64,000 nt of DNA, from contig JAUFOQ010000002.1 of assembly GCA_040285855.1 (NCBI GenBank), positions 2,232,001 through 2,296,000 on the forward strand, written 5' to 3'. Positions within the stretch are counted from its first letter, which is position 1, and each line of letters starts with the position of its first letter. The translations under genes and the position numbers were made by a program. The stretch is from Eukaryota sp. GEM-RC1. Taxonomy: Eukaryota. The notes under the pieces are model-generated. The model had not been told where the DNA came from. It did not search any database and saw only the letters and a list, made by a program, of their open reading frames with translations. Of this stretch, positions 36,075-47,079 are shown piece by piece.

Positions 36075-36175
36075 GGATTGTTCTAATAGAGAAGTGGACT
36101 TAACCAAATATGGCTGGGTTTCACCAGCCAGCTAACAAAAATAAAACTAATTTCTACTCAGATACTCTACTCTCT
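36075..36175 (-). ncRNA. Candidate Fanzor omegaRNA, copy 2
   Basis: Hairpin TGGCTGG-TGAAAC-CCAGCCA (36111-36130), conserved tail to 36095, then divergent flank CTTCTCTATTAGAACAATCC. Confidence 0.55.
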
Positions 36176-39100
36176 CATCACTACCATTCATCCAGTGTTC
36201 GAACATGTTCATCATGTTCAAACAAGACATCTTGTTTCGATTCCAATACATTTGACTGGGCACTGTATGCCCTTTCTTTTCCCCCTTTCAATCGATTCTT
36301 TACTTCTCCCAGACAATGTTCACTCTTACACTCTAGTAAGCCATGTGGGTGAATCCATTCTCTTTTCTCTCTTGATTTGGGCTTTGGGTTAACAACCTCA
36401 ATAGAAGTTTCAAAAACATCTTCATGACATTCTGGACACTTGGACGAAGTGTTTCTCTGATCATTCATAACTGTTAAAAAACCGTTTCTCTGAAAGAATG
36501 AAGTCCAAGTCTTAGTTCTGGATGGTGGACTGTGTTTTAAGTTGGACATTGGCTTCTGACCTAAATCACCAATACATAGTACGATTTTGTCCCGCTTACC
36601 AAAAGTTTTTACAATGCTGTTAACCAATTTAGACTCTGTCTTTTGCTTATGGACATGATTTTGGATTTTGTGAATCCTCCATATATGCAAAGCATAGAAA
36701 TCTTTAGTTGCATTGTAGTGAATACATTTAGCCAGAATAAACTTTCTAAATTTATTGTAATTAACAGTTTTAGAATTGTGATCTTCACCTAACCAGGTGT
36801 TCCATTCCTCAATTTTCATTGTCACAGTTATTGGATTATCATCACCTGCTCTCACGGTAGTAGTACCTGATCTCCTTCTAACAAGGTACTGGTGGATTCT
36901 TTTATGCTTTCTTGAAACTCTAGACCACTCAGCATATGTCAATCGTAAGAAGTTGTATTTCTTTAAAGGATTTTGAGTTTCTCTATTTGATTTAGATGCA
37001 AGTTGTAGCATATCTCTTTTCCAATGTCCACATAAACCATTTGTTTAGAAATAAAATCAGACCTATCACATTCATTGAAATATTGTACTTTTACTGAAGC
37101 TTTACTTGAATCAGGTTTACATTTCATTCCTTTCAAATCCTTTCTCACAAATTGAAAACAAATCGAAATTCCATCAGTTACAGCATAGTTGTTGAATTCA
37201 AAATTGGCTTTGTCAAAACTTCTGTCATCATAGTTAAACCATCTTTTCCAGTAATCCTGTTGTTGAGAATGGGTCAAGTTTTTAATCTGATCAGTAGACA
37301 TGTAATTAGTCACTTTTGAATGTAAAGGACCAATCTTCTTATCATTATTCTTATATCCAAAACAGTGCTTAGCCAGTCCCCAAAGAGTTCTAGTGTCTAT
37401 TGGGAAAAAACAGGGAGTATTCTCTAAACTTAGAGGAATTACATTATACAACTTAGCACCCTTTGATTCCAAGTAATCTGAGATTTGAAGAGAATTTCTT
37501 AGAAAATGAAGTGGATACTCCTGAATTGTGTAAAGTAAATTATGAACGTCTACAGTTTCATTGTCGTTAGTAGTGATTGTAGCAGGAAATATGATGTTAA
37601 ATCTTTGAAGTAATTCTGGAATTTTATCAGCCATTAGAGAATTAACCTGTTCAAATATTAACATACTGAAATCATCATCAAAAACTTTAGAAACTTCATC
37701 AATAAACTTATCATTTTCAGGGTGAGTGGCAGAGTTAAAAGAATTAATATACTGTAAGGCTTCATTTCTAGGTCGATACAAAATCTGATCTTTCAACATC
37801 TTTAAACGAAATCTGAAGTAACTAGTGAACTTTTGAGCTTCACGTCCTGTTAGTGTTCTGGACCTAAAACTAAATTACGTTTCTTCTTCATTCCCTTTTC
37901 AAACTCTTTCTTACCCATTATTGTATTGATAAATCTTTTAATGTACAACTCATAATTGCGACGAATATTTAGTTCAAACGCAGGCCACATTTCATACTGA
38001 GTAGTGTATTCAAAAGCTCTACTGATATGATCAAAATCAAGTTCTGGTATATGACATTGGCAAATGTATCAGTAACACAGTGCTTATATCCGGGGTAGTT
38101 TGAATTGGCAGTATAGATTCCTTCTCCAGTAACAAAATCACGAAGATCTGTATCAATTGTTGATATAGGATAATTGTTGTAAATTTTGAATCCATGAACT
38201 TCAGATGAAAGATTTCTAATTGAAAGCATTGTATGATAAAACAACTTGTAATCAAACTTAGACAAATCTTGTCCAAGACGATAGCGAGCCAACAGATATT
38301 CTTTAACACACATTGTAGTCTGTTGTCTTAACGCATTGTAGAACTGAGATCCTAAAAGCATTGCATCTTGAACTTCTTGATGTTTTACCACACTAACAAC
38401 TGAAGTTTTAATAGAAGCCCATGATTGAAAAACAATTTTGTCTTTTTGAAATAAAATAAACAATTTAAACGCCAGAATTGAATCATGAAGGCAGTAGTTG
38501 ATTAGAGTTTTCATTCTTTTATCATTTCTTAAACAATCAACTGGGAGTAAGTGATCCAAGTCTTTATCCAATTTCAATTTGGGTTCAGAAAGTAAATTCC
38601 AAGATAAATTGGCTAGACTACAACCATACTTGAGACCAATATGCTTTTTTGCAAACAAGAAGGTATCCAAAACTGTAAAACCATTGTGATCTTTTATGAT
38701 ATCCAGCCATCTACTATGTAAAGGTAACTCAATTGGATTTGGATTTGTTAAAAGAGGAAGGTCAAGAGCCCACATTCTATTGTCAATTATGGGCAAATCA
38801 AAATTGAAAATGTTATGTCCAATAAAAGCATTTGGTGTATATTGATTAACAATATTAGCGTACTTAACCCATAATTCGTTTTCATTTGGGAAGTCCAAAA
38901 GATCTAATGGAAAAGCTGGTGTTTCTGATTCACTGAATTTGATTTTATAGTTGTAGTCAGTGTAAAGAACGATTGAGCTGTCAAATTGTAACTCACCATT
39001 GGATTGTAATTTTGCAATAATGACAGAGATCATGATGATTTGTTGATCTGCGAGAAAATCAATGTCGTGAGCTTCTTTCTCAAAATCATTCATTAACAAT

Positions 39101-39590
39101 CTTCTCTGTTTCAAAGACTCTTTTCCGTTCTACGATGTTCATTCAATTCTTTGTTCACTCGTGTAGGAATTCTCTCATTGATGTTTCTTGTTTCAATATC
39201 AATTATAAAAACTGTAGGAAGGGAGTCATCAACAACAGTATCAGTTGCAATGTCAATAAATGGAGTTCTTGATTCTTTTTCCTTTTTTCCTTTAACAACT
39301 GGAATTTCAGGAAATTCATGCAAAGAATCAGTTGAACCTTCAACTACTTGCGAACTTTGACATTCTTCGTCAGTTTTCGGGAATTTTGTACAACCACTAG
39401 ATTGATATATACAGTCTCTGTTGACGTTTAGAAACTTGTTCTTGTGGACGATGAATTTCTGACGAATGACACTTTTTGGTTTTCGTTCTAGCCGTCGTGC
39501 TTTAGAGTTTTTGACGGATGAGTCAGATGTTTAAGAATAACTTGATGAAATTTTATTAGTTACTTCTAGAGTTTTACGACGAGATGACAG
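36147..39590 (-). pseudogene. DEDDy exonuclease-Fanzor1 fusion (copy 2; several indels)
   Basis: Same motifs as copy 1. RuvC-II reads NDQRNTS and RuvC-III reads WNRNKMSCLNM. It reads through the 23866 stop and the 22310 and 24375 frameshifts of copy 1. Confidence 0.85.
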
Positions 39591-40765
39591 ACGTGTAGTA
39601 CTTTCAGAAGTGTCAGAAGATTTATTTCTTTTCCAGCAGGTTGATTAGTTTTGGAACATTGTGTCTTTCTTCTATCAGTAGAAACTTGAGTTGTTTGTTG
39701 AACTTCCATTGTTTGTTGTACAATTTCTCCAGACAAGATTGAATTTAAAATTTGTTGAGCAACAGATCGATGTTGACCAGTGTGAGTGTCAATGATGAGA
39801 TTCAAAATCATTTTCCTCATTTCTAGAGCATCATATTCATTGAACAATCGAACTTGAAGTAGAATTACATTGATATCTAGTGACGCTTGTTCAAATTCAA
39901 CAAATTTACTCATGTACTCTAAAATAAAAGGTCCACAGTCACCTTGTGTTTGGTGTTGAGTTACGAAAAGCCTTCCTAAATAATGATAATTGAAAGGAAA
40001 AAACACACGCTCATGAAATTGTCTAATAACATCTTCGCAACGACCTAAAGTATCTGAAAACTTTTGATGTTGATTTTGAGTAAACATTGGATCAAGGGAA
40101 TAGTATCTTTTTCTCTTAATATCACAAATCAACAGAGTCCAGTGAGTAGCTTCATTATTAAAGAAACCATCGTTTATTGGAATAAACAAATATTGTTTGG
40201 TTGGTGGTCTGGAAGAATTCATCAAATCTAAGGTTTCTTGAAATAGTTTGTGAAGATGCCAACGATCTCTTTCTTCTTCAGCCAAATTGTCCTCTGTTAT
40301 TGCAACTGACAATGCTTCACACGAGAGATATGAACATTTAACACTATGTTCAGTAATGTATTGTCCATAAAAGTCTACAATAGTGGTCCATAACCAACTA
40401 TGAGGTAGCAAAGAATCAATATTGGAATGATTTTCAATTAGATCGGGTCCAGGATTAGACTCAATGTCCCCGTCCATAGTCAAATCACGGAGAAATTGTG
40501 ATGACTGGAGATTTATTTTGAATTTTGTAATGCAACAAGCACAACAAGAACCACTACAGTATGGAGTACTATAACAAAAACAAAAAAGAAATAGAAGAGA
40601 TTTGAGGATCGAGGGACCCATGAAAATCTTCATAAAGACCTGACGGTCTTGAGTGTAATGACAAAAGAAAACAAAAACAGAAGAGATTTGAGGATCGACG
40701 GACCCAAGAAAATCTTCTGGAAGACCTGACGGTCTTGAGTGTAATGACAAAAACAAACCAAGCAA
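39566..40765 (-). CDS. Leader + 2A peptide + Ulp1/C48 protease (variant c)
   Basis: LRDLTMDGDIESNPGP (40445-40468). LFIPIND..THWTLLICD, SLDPM, HQTQGDCGPFIL. Confidence 0.85.
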   Translation of the reverse strand: MLGLFLSLHSRPSGLPEDFLGSVDPQISSVFVFFCHYTQDRQVFMKIFMGPSILKSLLFLFCFCYSTPYCSGSCCACCITKFKINLQSSQFLRDLTMDGDIESNPGPDLIENHSNIDSLLPHSWLWTTIVDFYGQYITEHSVKCSYLSCEALSVAITEDNLAEEERDRWHLHKLFQETLDLMNSSRPPTKQYLFIPINDGFFNNEATHWTLLICDIKRKRYYSLDPMFTQNQHQKFSDTLGRCEDVIRQFHERVFFPFNYHYLGRLFVTQHQTQGDCGPFILEYMSKFVEFEQASLDINVILLQVRLFNEYDALEMRKMILNLIIDTHTGQHRSVAQQILNSILSGEIVQQTMEVQQTTQVSTDRRKTQCSKTNQPAGKEINLLTLLKVLHVCHLVVKL

Positions 40766-41122
40766 AGGAGTGATCTGAGGATCAAAAAACCCATGGAAGG
40801 CTCCTGACAGTGGGGGAGACGAAGCACAGTGAGATATCTAACCAACACGAAGTCGATAGACATCTCACTAAGCGAATGATCTTAAATTTCTGTTTGAACT
40901 ATTTGTGGTTAATGTCTACATTGACATGTTGACATCTTGACAAGTTTGAGAATATGTCACTGATACAATAACAGTTGATGTCGTACTAATTGTAACTAAC
41001 AGTATATGGTATATGATGTGAAATTGGAAAAAAGAAAACAATATTTATTCTATAAGTACAAAACTATGTGTATAAATGATTCCACATCACTGTGGAAAAC
41101 TTACCTAAATCCATGAAGCAAT

Positions 41123-41914
41123 CTAATTGACATCATCCATGGTGTCGTCGTCATGTTTTTCTGACAGCTCCAATTGGCTTTCTAGGAGCTCCTCATCGTT
41201 AAAAGCACATAACCTTGCAGCTTGTGCTGTCAACATTGCAAGTTTTGATTTATTAAAATCAGTGTCGCAGTTGTCTGAAGTATTAGAGTAATATCCGACC
41301 AAGACCTCCCACATTTCATTGGTTTTGAGAAGGTTTAGATCTCCATAAATAATATTTGCATACCTGGATCTTGTCAACATAACATTCAGTCGACGATAGT
41401 CTGTTAAGAAACCCAAACTTTGCAAATCTTGTTCTTTATTGTTCTGCCAAGTACGTACAGTACTGATATAGACCACATCAGATTCCTTACCTTGAAAACC
41501 ATGTGTGGTTGAAACTTCAATACGTCTTTGCATATTCTCACAAGTGACTTTCCATGAAATCTGATGCTTGATTTCATCAACCTGAGCTCTATAAGGAGTT
41601 AAAATTGCAATTGATTCAACTGTAATATTGGCATTCATGAATTCAAGAACATCATCAACAATGGTCTGTGCTTCAGCCACATTGAGTAAGCTACCAGACA
41701 ACTGGTCAGAGTAAATTGCTGTTGAGCGCAATGTATCTACAAACCTTCTTCGTGGAATATCTAATAAATTGGTAGGTTCAACAGTTTCAATTTTCGAGTC
41801 ATACCAATATTGATTGGAAAAGTGCCACAATTCTTTACACTGACGATACTGTGGCATCAAAGTCGTGGACCGTTGTTCAAAGTCTTTCATTGTACCCTGT
41901 AAATGCGGGAACAC
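41123..41914 (-). CDS. UPF1/DNA2/Sen1-like SF1 helicase, C-terminal RecA2 half only
   Basis: LMPQYR, FSNQYWY, NVAEA, IAILTPYRAQV, HGFQGKESD, RRLNVMLTRSR. No Walker A/B. Confidence 0.88.
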   Translation of the reverse strand: MFPHLQGTMKDFEQRSTTLMPQYRQCKELWHFSNQYWYDSKIETVEPTNLLDIPRRRFVDTLRSTAIYSDQLSGSLLNVAEAQTIVDDVLEFMNANITVESIAILTPYRAQVDEIKHQISWKVTCENMQRRIEVSTTHGFQGKESDVVYISTVRTWQNNKEQDLQSLGFLTDYRRLNVMLTRSRYANIIYGDLNLLKTNEMWEVLVGYYSNTSDNCDTDFNKSKLAMLTAQAARLCAFNDEELLESQLELSEKHDDDTMDDVN

Positions 41915-42080
41915 AATCTGAGGATCAAAAGACCCAAGGAAAGTGTCCCTAAGACCTGATGGTCTTTTAGATTTGAAAGAAGAAGATCAGAGAAAAGAAT
42001 ATCAGAGTTGAGAAGAATGCGGGAACACAATCTGAGGATCAAAAGACCCAATGAAAGTGTCCCTAAGACCTGATGGTCTT
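41901..42080 (-). repeat. Two copies of a double-hairpin repeat unit (also at 40595-40800 and 18638-18752)
   Basis: AAGACC-n4-GGTCTT-n14-TGGGTC-n4-GATCC-TCARAT. Confidence 0.8.
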
Positions 42081-42530
42081 GGAAAGGAGAGAAAAGAATA
42101 TTAGAGAAAAGAAGATCAGAGTTGAGAATATGAGAGAAAAGAAGGATGCGGGAGACAAGAACAAGACAGAATGAAACAGAAGAGATAGAAAAGTAAGTAA
42201 GACGACACATGAAACAAAACAAATGATATGGCATAAGGTCAGATGCTTCTTGGTTTGAGGAACATATTCTCTTCCTACAGTGGGTTATCACTATTTCTTA
42301 GGCTACGGATTCTAAGATTTCTCAATTTCTTTAGATTTTATGGTCAAACCAAAACTTACTTTTGTTACAGGAAATCCTAACAAACTTCGTGAAGAAGTTT
42401 CTTCTCTAGACTCGGATCAACTTTAAGCAGGTCGTGAAATTGATTCACACCAAACATACATTTTGGAGCCGTTATCATTGAGAATTGTACAATTGGCATG
42501 GTAATACAAACTGATACATTCTATAAATAC

Positions 42531-42987
42531 CTATGTTCGGAGTCACCTCAACACGTGTTGAATGGTGTTGGTCAGAACTTCAACACGTGTTGGATATGTC
42601 ATTCTTCTATGTCACTTCAATGAAATTGGCTAAATTTCTACTGTTCTTGATAAAACTATATTGACTAAAGGTAGAAAATTCAAGTTTACTTAAATGTATG
42701 GATTATTGATGAGCTTTTCATGTTATCAGTTCTGGAATCGTTTAAAATCAGTGTTGGTGTCATGACTCATCAGGACCTTTACCCCAAAATAAATTCACTT
42801 TCCTCTAATCATATGAATATAAGACCAACATCAGTTCTAATTTATCAACTTGGTTCGGGTGTAACATGAGTGAAAATGGATGTGTTTTTCTGTTGGTTGA
42901 TCTTAAAGTGAGTTATTCTGTTCTTCTGCTCAGAATTTATTCAACACGTGTTGAATATTTTCCAACACCGTGTTGAACCGAACATAG
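42531..42987. mobile_element. MITE with 8-bp TSD
   Basis: TIR CTATGTTCGG/CCGAACATAG. TSD ATAAATAC (42523-42530, 42988-42995). Palindromic TCAACACGTGTTGA repeats. Partial inverted copy at 45465-45794. Confidence 0.85.
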
Positions 42988-43094
42988 ATAAATACAGTTT
43001 CACGCTAAATAGATCAATAATTTTGACTGTGATAGCCATTGCAGGGAACGCCAATACATATATATATTTTGCACTATTTTCCATGTGCAATATT

Positions 43095-43727
43095 CAGGGC
43101 TCTTCAAAACTGAATTGACAATCAGTTAATTGAAAAATTGATTGGCAGCTGTTTTTCAGCCCCAATTAATTGGGGTGTGTTTTTAGCCTTAACTTAGCAA
43201 ATTTTGGTCAGCATTGTTGCCAATTATCCACAAACAGACACTTGAAGAATTTTCACATTTTATCCTTTAACCTATCCCAAAGACCTATTCCTTAAATGGT
43301 TTGACCAAATGACCGCAAAACTCTTGTTCTCGCGCTCTTCACCGATCACGACTTTCGATCTCTTGATCGAAAAGGGACTCCGTACAAATGCTGTTGTGAA
43401 ATGGTCGGGCATCAACAAAAAGTATGACCAACACATGAATATATCGCTCTTTTTGAGATTTAGCAGCTCTTTATGTTACATTAAGGACTTTAGAACATTG
43501 TGATCTACAAATGTTGTCGACGAAAGTTCGGACGAACAGTGAAAATTATTTTAAATTATTTTAGATTGTATTTATAGATAATTATAAAACATTAACTTTG
43601 AACTTTGTTTTGTTATGTCAGTGAATATGATGAAAAACAATTGGCAATTAATTGCAATAATTGGAAAATTGATTGGGAGCTATTTTCCGATTTCAATTAA
43701 TTGCCAATTCAGTTTTGAAGAGCCCTG
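43095..43727. mobile_element. hAT-type non-autonomous element
   Basis: Perfect 23-bp TIR CAGGGCTCTTCAAAACTGAATTG. TSD GCAATATT (43087-43094, 43728-43735). Confidence 0.9.
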
Positions 43728-44492
43728 GCAATATTTATTGACTGAGATTGCGATATTTGAATTTATATGATTGAATTCAAAACACTTAGAGTTGAGATCA
43801 CCCACATATATTTGACATGATCTGCAGTTATTTATTGACTGTTAGGTTGTTCTTTTCACCAATTGTTTCAATATCACATCGCAGTCAATCAAAAACAATA
43901 TGAAATATGGTATAATAGCAAGTACCTGGACTTTATTTTCATAAATCTTACCATGACCCAACAATACTGCTTATTAAGGCTAAACGAAAGCTAAAAATCC
44001 ATCGCCGTCCTTGTGTGCGGCTTGTGATTAAGCCAGTCAGTCTTGATAAACATCTGTTTCTAAACAAAAGCGTGAGTTGGGACCCAGCACATCTTTTAGA
44101 TAAATTATTTGAACTAAACAAAGATTAGTTTTTAATAGAAGTAGAATCTCGTGAAGACATTGTACAGTCAGCAGGAAACACGGTTGAACTTGAAGACAAT
44201 ATTTGAGAGTGATGGAATTAATGTATATTAGAAAAGTCTGTTTCAAAAACCTGAGTTTTAAAATCAATTATGACAAATGACATGAGAAATATTAGTCAAC
44301 AAAGAATAACAAAAAAACTATATTTGGAAACTGAATCAGTTAGTGTATTCATCAATTTGTTCAAAAAGCTTAGGTAGTTGTTATGCTGGAACGAATGGTG
44401 GATAGGAAAAGAGAAAGAAAAACCACTTCATCATGGAACCAATATATACAAACACCGTTAAAATACAAAAAAATACATGCTACTAATTAATT

Positions 44493-45269
44493 TTACAAGA
44501 AATTCAGCTCCTTAAATTTATCAACATATCTCTGATTCTTTTCCACATTTAAAATTTCCCGATGTTGACCAGCCAAAGAATCTTTCGACTTAGTTCGTGG
44601 TCGATTCTTCTTAACTTTTGGAGATGACGTTACCATCACTGGTTTCAATTTCAAACACTCAACTTCATATGATTTGTGTTTAATTAAAAGATCATGGTCA
44701 ACTGACTCCTTAATTGTCTGTTGAAATAATATGTCCTTCACCGCTTCCTTAGCTCTGCTTACAGATCGTCGCTTCTTCTGTGAGCAATTCTCAGCCACCT
44801 TAACTTCTTCATCGATCCTCTCAGTATCAGCCACGAGGTTGATGAGGAAGGGGGAGGTATGAGTCCTTTTCTTCCATTTAGAAACAACAGTCTTCTCATA
44901 GTCGCACTTCCGTTCAAAGGCTTCTTCTCGAGAGGACAAAAGTACAGATTTATTGCGTTGTCGATCTTTGGTGGCTTTCGCTTTGATTTTATTGGTTTCT
45001 TCATTGGTAGTGGAGTCCATGAGGTTGGGCATTGTGTCGCGGAGGAAGCTTATGGAGGATAGGGCGGATGAAACGTTGGAAGATCTTGCAGAAACAGGAG
45101 GTCTTGCTGATCGAGAGGTGAGAGCAGAAGCGCATTGTGGTAGTTTGGCGGGAGAAGAAGTGCTTCTAAGGCGAGGAGTCTTGAAGGGCGGATGTTTAAT
45201 GTGCTTTAATGATGCAGCAAGAGGTGAATCTCGTAAATTAGGGGGCAACTTACTCAGATTTGTTGCCAT
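44493..45269 (-). CDS. Basic hypothetical protein with coiled-coil
   Basis: 258-aa ATG ORF. No motif recognised. Confidence 0.7.
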   Translation of the reverse strand: MATNLSKLPPNLRDSPLAASLKHIKHPPFKTPRLRSTSSPAKLPQCASALTSRSARPPVSARSSNVSSALSSISFLRDTMPNLMDSTTNEETNKIKAKATKDRQRNKSVLLSSREEAFERKCDYEKTVVSKWKKRTHTSPFLINLVADTERIDEEVKVAENCSQKKRRSVSRAKEAVKDILFQQTIKESVDHDLLIKHKSYEVECLKLKPVMVTSSPKVKKNRPRTKSKDSLAGQHREILNVEKNQRYVDKFKELNFL

Positions 45270-45344
45270 AATTGTTCAAAGAGTGGAGATGAAGAGGACT
45301 TATATGAACTGGAAATTGAGACAGTTTTTTCTATTTTTGGTCTA

Positions 45345-45460
45345 AAGTAAAATATGAAAGTGAAGCCCCGGGGTTGTCCATATAAGCCCCATCTTAAAAT
45401 CGGCTACTATTACGTGGGGGCTACTATTACGTGGAGGGGCTTCAATTTCATATTTTATTT
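45345..45460. mobile_element. Very short TA-flanked MITE
   Basis: TAAAATATGAAAGTGAAGCCCC / GGGGCTTCAATTTCATATTTTA inverted repeats. Internal GGCTACTATTACGTGG x2. Confidence 0.65.
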
Positions 45461-45464
45461 TATG

Positions 45465-45794
45465 TTCAAATAAATTCTGAGCATGAGAATAGAATAACTC
45501 ACTTTAAGATCAACCAACGGAAAAACACATCTGTTTTTCACTCATGTTACAGCCGAACCAAGTTGATAAATTGGAACTGATTTTCAATAATTCCAGAACT
45601 GATAACAAGAAGAGCTCATCAATAATCCATACATTTAAGTAAACTGGAATTTTCTACCTTTTTCAATAGTTTTATCAAGAACAGTAGAAATTTACACAAA
45701 TTCATGGAATTGACACAGAAGAATGGTGTATCCAACACGTGTTGGACTTCTCGAAAACACCATTCAACACGTGTTGAGGTAACTCCGAATATAG
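45465..45794 (-). mobile_element. Truncated inverted copy of the 42531-42987 MITE
   Basis: Reverse complement homology, ending ...GGTAACTCCGAATATAG. Confidence 0.8.
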
Positions 45795-47079
45795 ACTTTT
45801 TTGCAGAGCCAACACACTTTTCAGAAATAGAAGGCGCACAGTTTAACATACATTTTGATCATAGAATGTTCACCCAAAAAATATCCGTTTGTAAAATTAG
45901 GTCAAAATAAGTAATTCTTCATTAAGTATTGAATGATCGTGCACAGGAAAATATTCGCCACAATCACCAATCTCACCCTCATATATGTTGTATTTACTGT
46001 CTTAATTTTTTTCTCACAATCTCGGTTTATCATATCTTGTTTAAGCATTCAAATTTCTTCACGTTGTTCTGTCATGACATGAACACCAAGTAGCATTTTT
46101 CTGCTAAAATTTAGCTTGGTGATTCAATAACATTCACATTCTCTGTTTTGATTTGTTCAATTTACTGTTGCAATTTTTGGTTATTTCATTGATTCAGTAG
46201 CTTTTAAATTATTCTATGTTTGTGACCATTTATGCCGCATTTTTAAGAAGGCTTTCATTTGTATATAACTGTTGAGGTTACTTCAACATTGGTGTTTGTA
46301 ATGACTCCAACAGTGCGCCGGCCAAATTCTCTGTTAAAGCAATAGAATAGAATACGAATCGAAAAAATAGTGTGCTAAATTTGACTTCCGTTTGGCACTC
46401 CAACTAATTGTTATTCCCATTTTGTTTTGCTATTATGCTCTTTTTAACCAAACAGAATCATTATGTGAGGACTGAAATGTTTCAAATTCGAATTGTGGTC
46501 TCCAATTTAACAGGTATTGTGACTGATGTTTCTTACACTGCATAGTCACTTAAAAAACATTAGGATCACAGGGTAGCTGCATTTTTGTCCACTGGACTTT
46601 GGTGAATATGGAAATAGTCCTAATACAAGCAATTATTAACATAAAACAGGCATACCATTTGCGATGCTTGTGTTGAAAAACTGTGACGAATCTTCAAAGG
46701 TAGCGTTTGACTAATCTATGTAATCAGTTCTTTTCATAATAATCAGGTTATACCCACGTATGAAATGACCTGGTTCTGTACATGGAAGTGAACATGAGTG
46801 GGTCAAAATTAATGTGATTTAATTAAAGTCATTACAAACTGGCACGAATCAATGTCAGAACTGTTGTGGAGTTTTCACTGTTTTCATTTGAAATGAATCC
46901 CATGATCTAGATCCAACTGATTGTTATGGTTACAGTAGTGATCATGAATCACTATTAAACCTTCCTAGTAATTAGGGCTTCATGTCTCTTGTAATTTGAT
47001 ATTGACATCTACAATAGCAATGTTCATAGATTTAATTAAACAGTCGAATATTCATCATTTATAACAATTCTTGCATATA

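Larger units (their letters stand above)
36095..42309 (-). mobile_element. Composite Fanzor1-carrying element, copy 2
   Basis: Inverted homologue of 17827-24863 with the same termini, a longer 5' region and a different protease cassette. Confidence 0.88.

Noticed and set aside
40595..42080. Double-hairpin repeats as a CRISPR array or hammerhead ribozyme
   Set aside because: Few units, related rather than unique spacers, eukaryotic context and no cas genes. CTGATGG/CTGACGG lacks the CUGAUGA...GAAA core.
41887..42291. 134-aa ORF at the element 5' end
   Set aside because: Pyrimidine-rich low-complexity sequence with repeats, non-ATG start, and deleted in copy 1.
45900..47000. Possible decayed transposase remnants
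   Set aside because: No termini, TSD or convincing motif could be identified.
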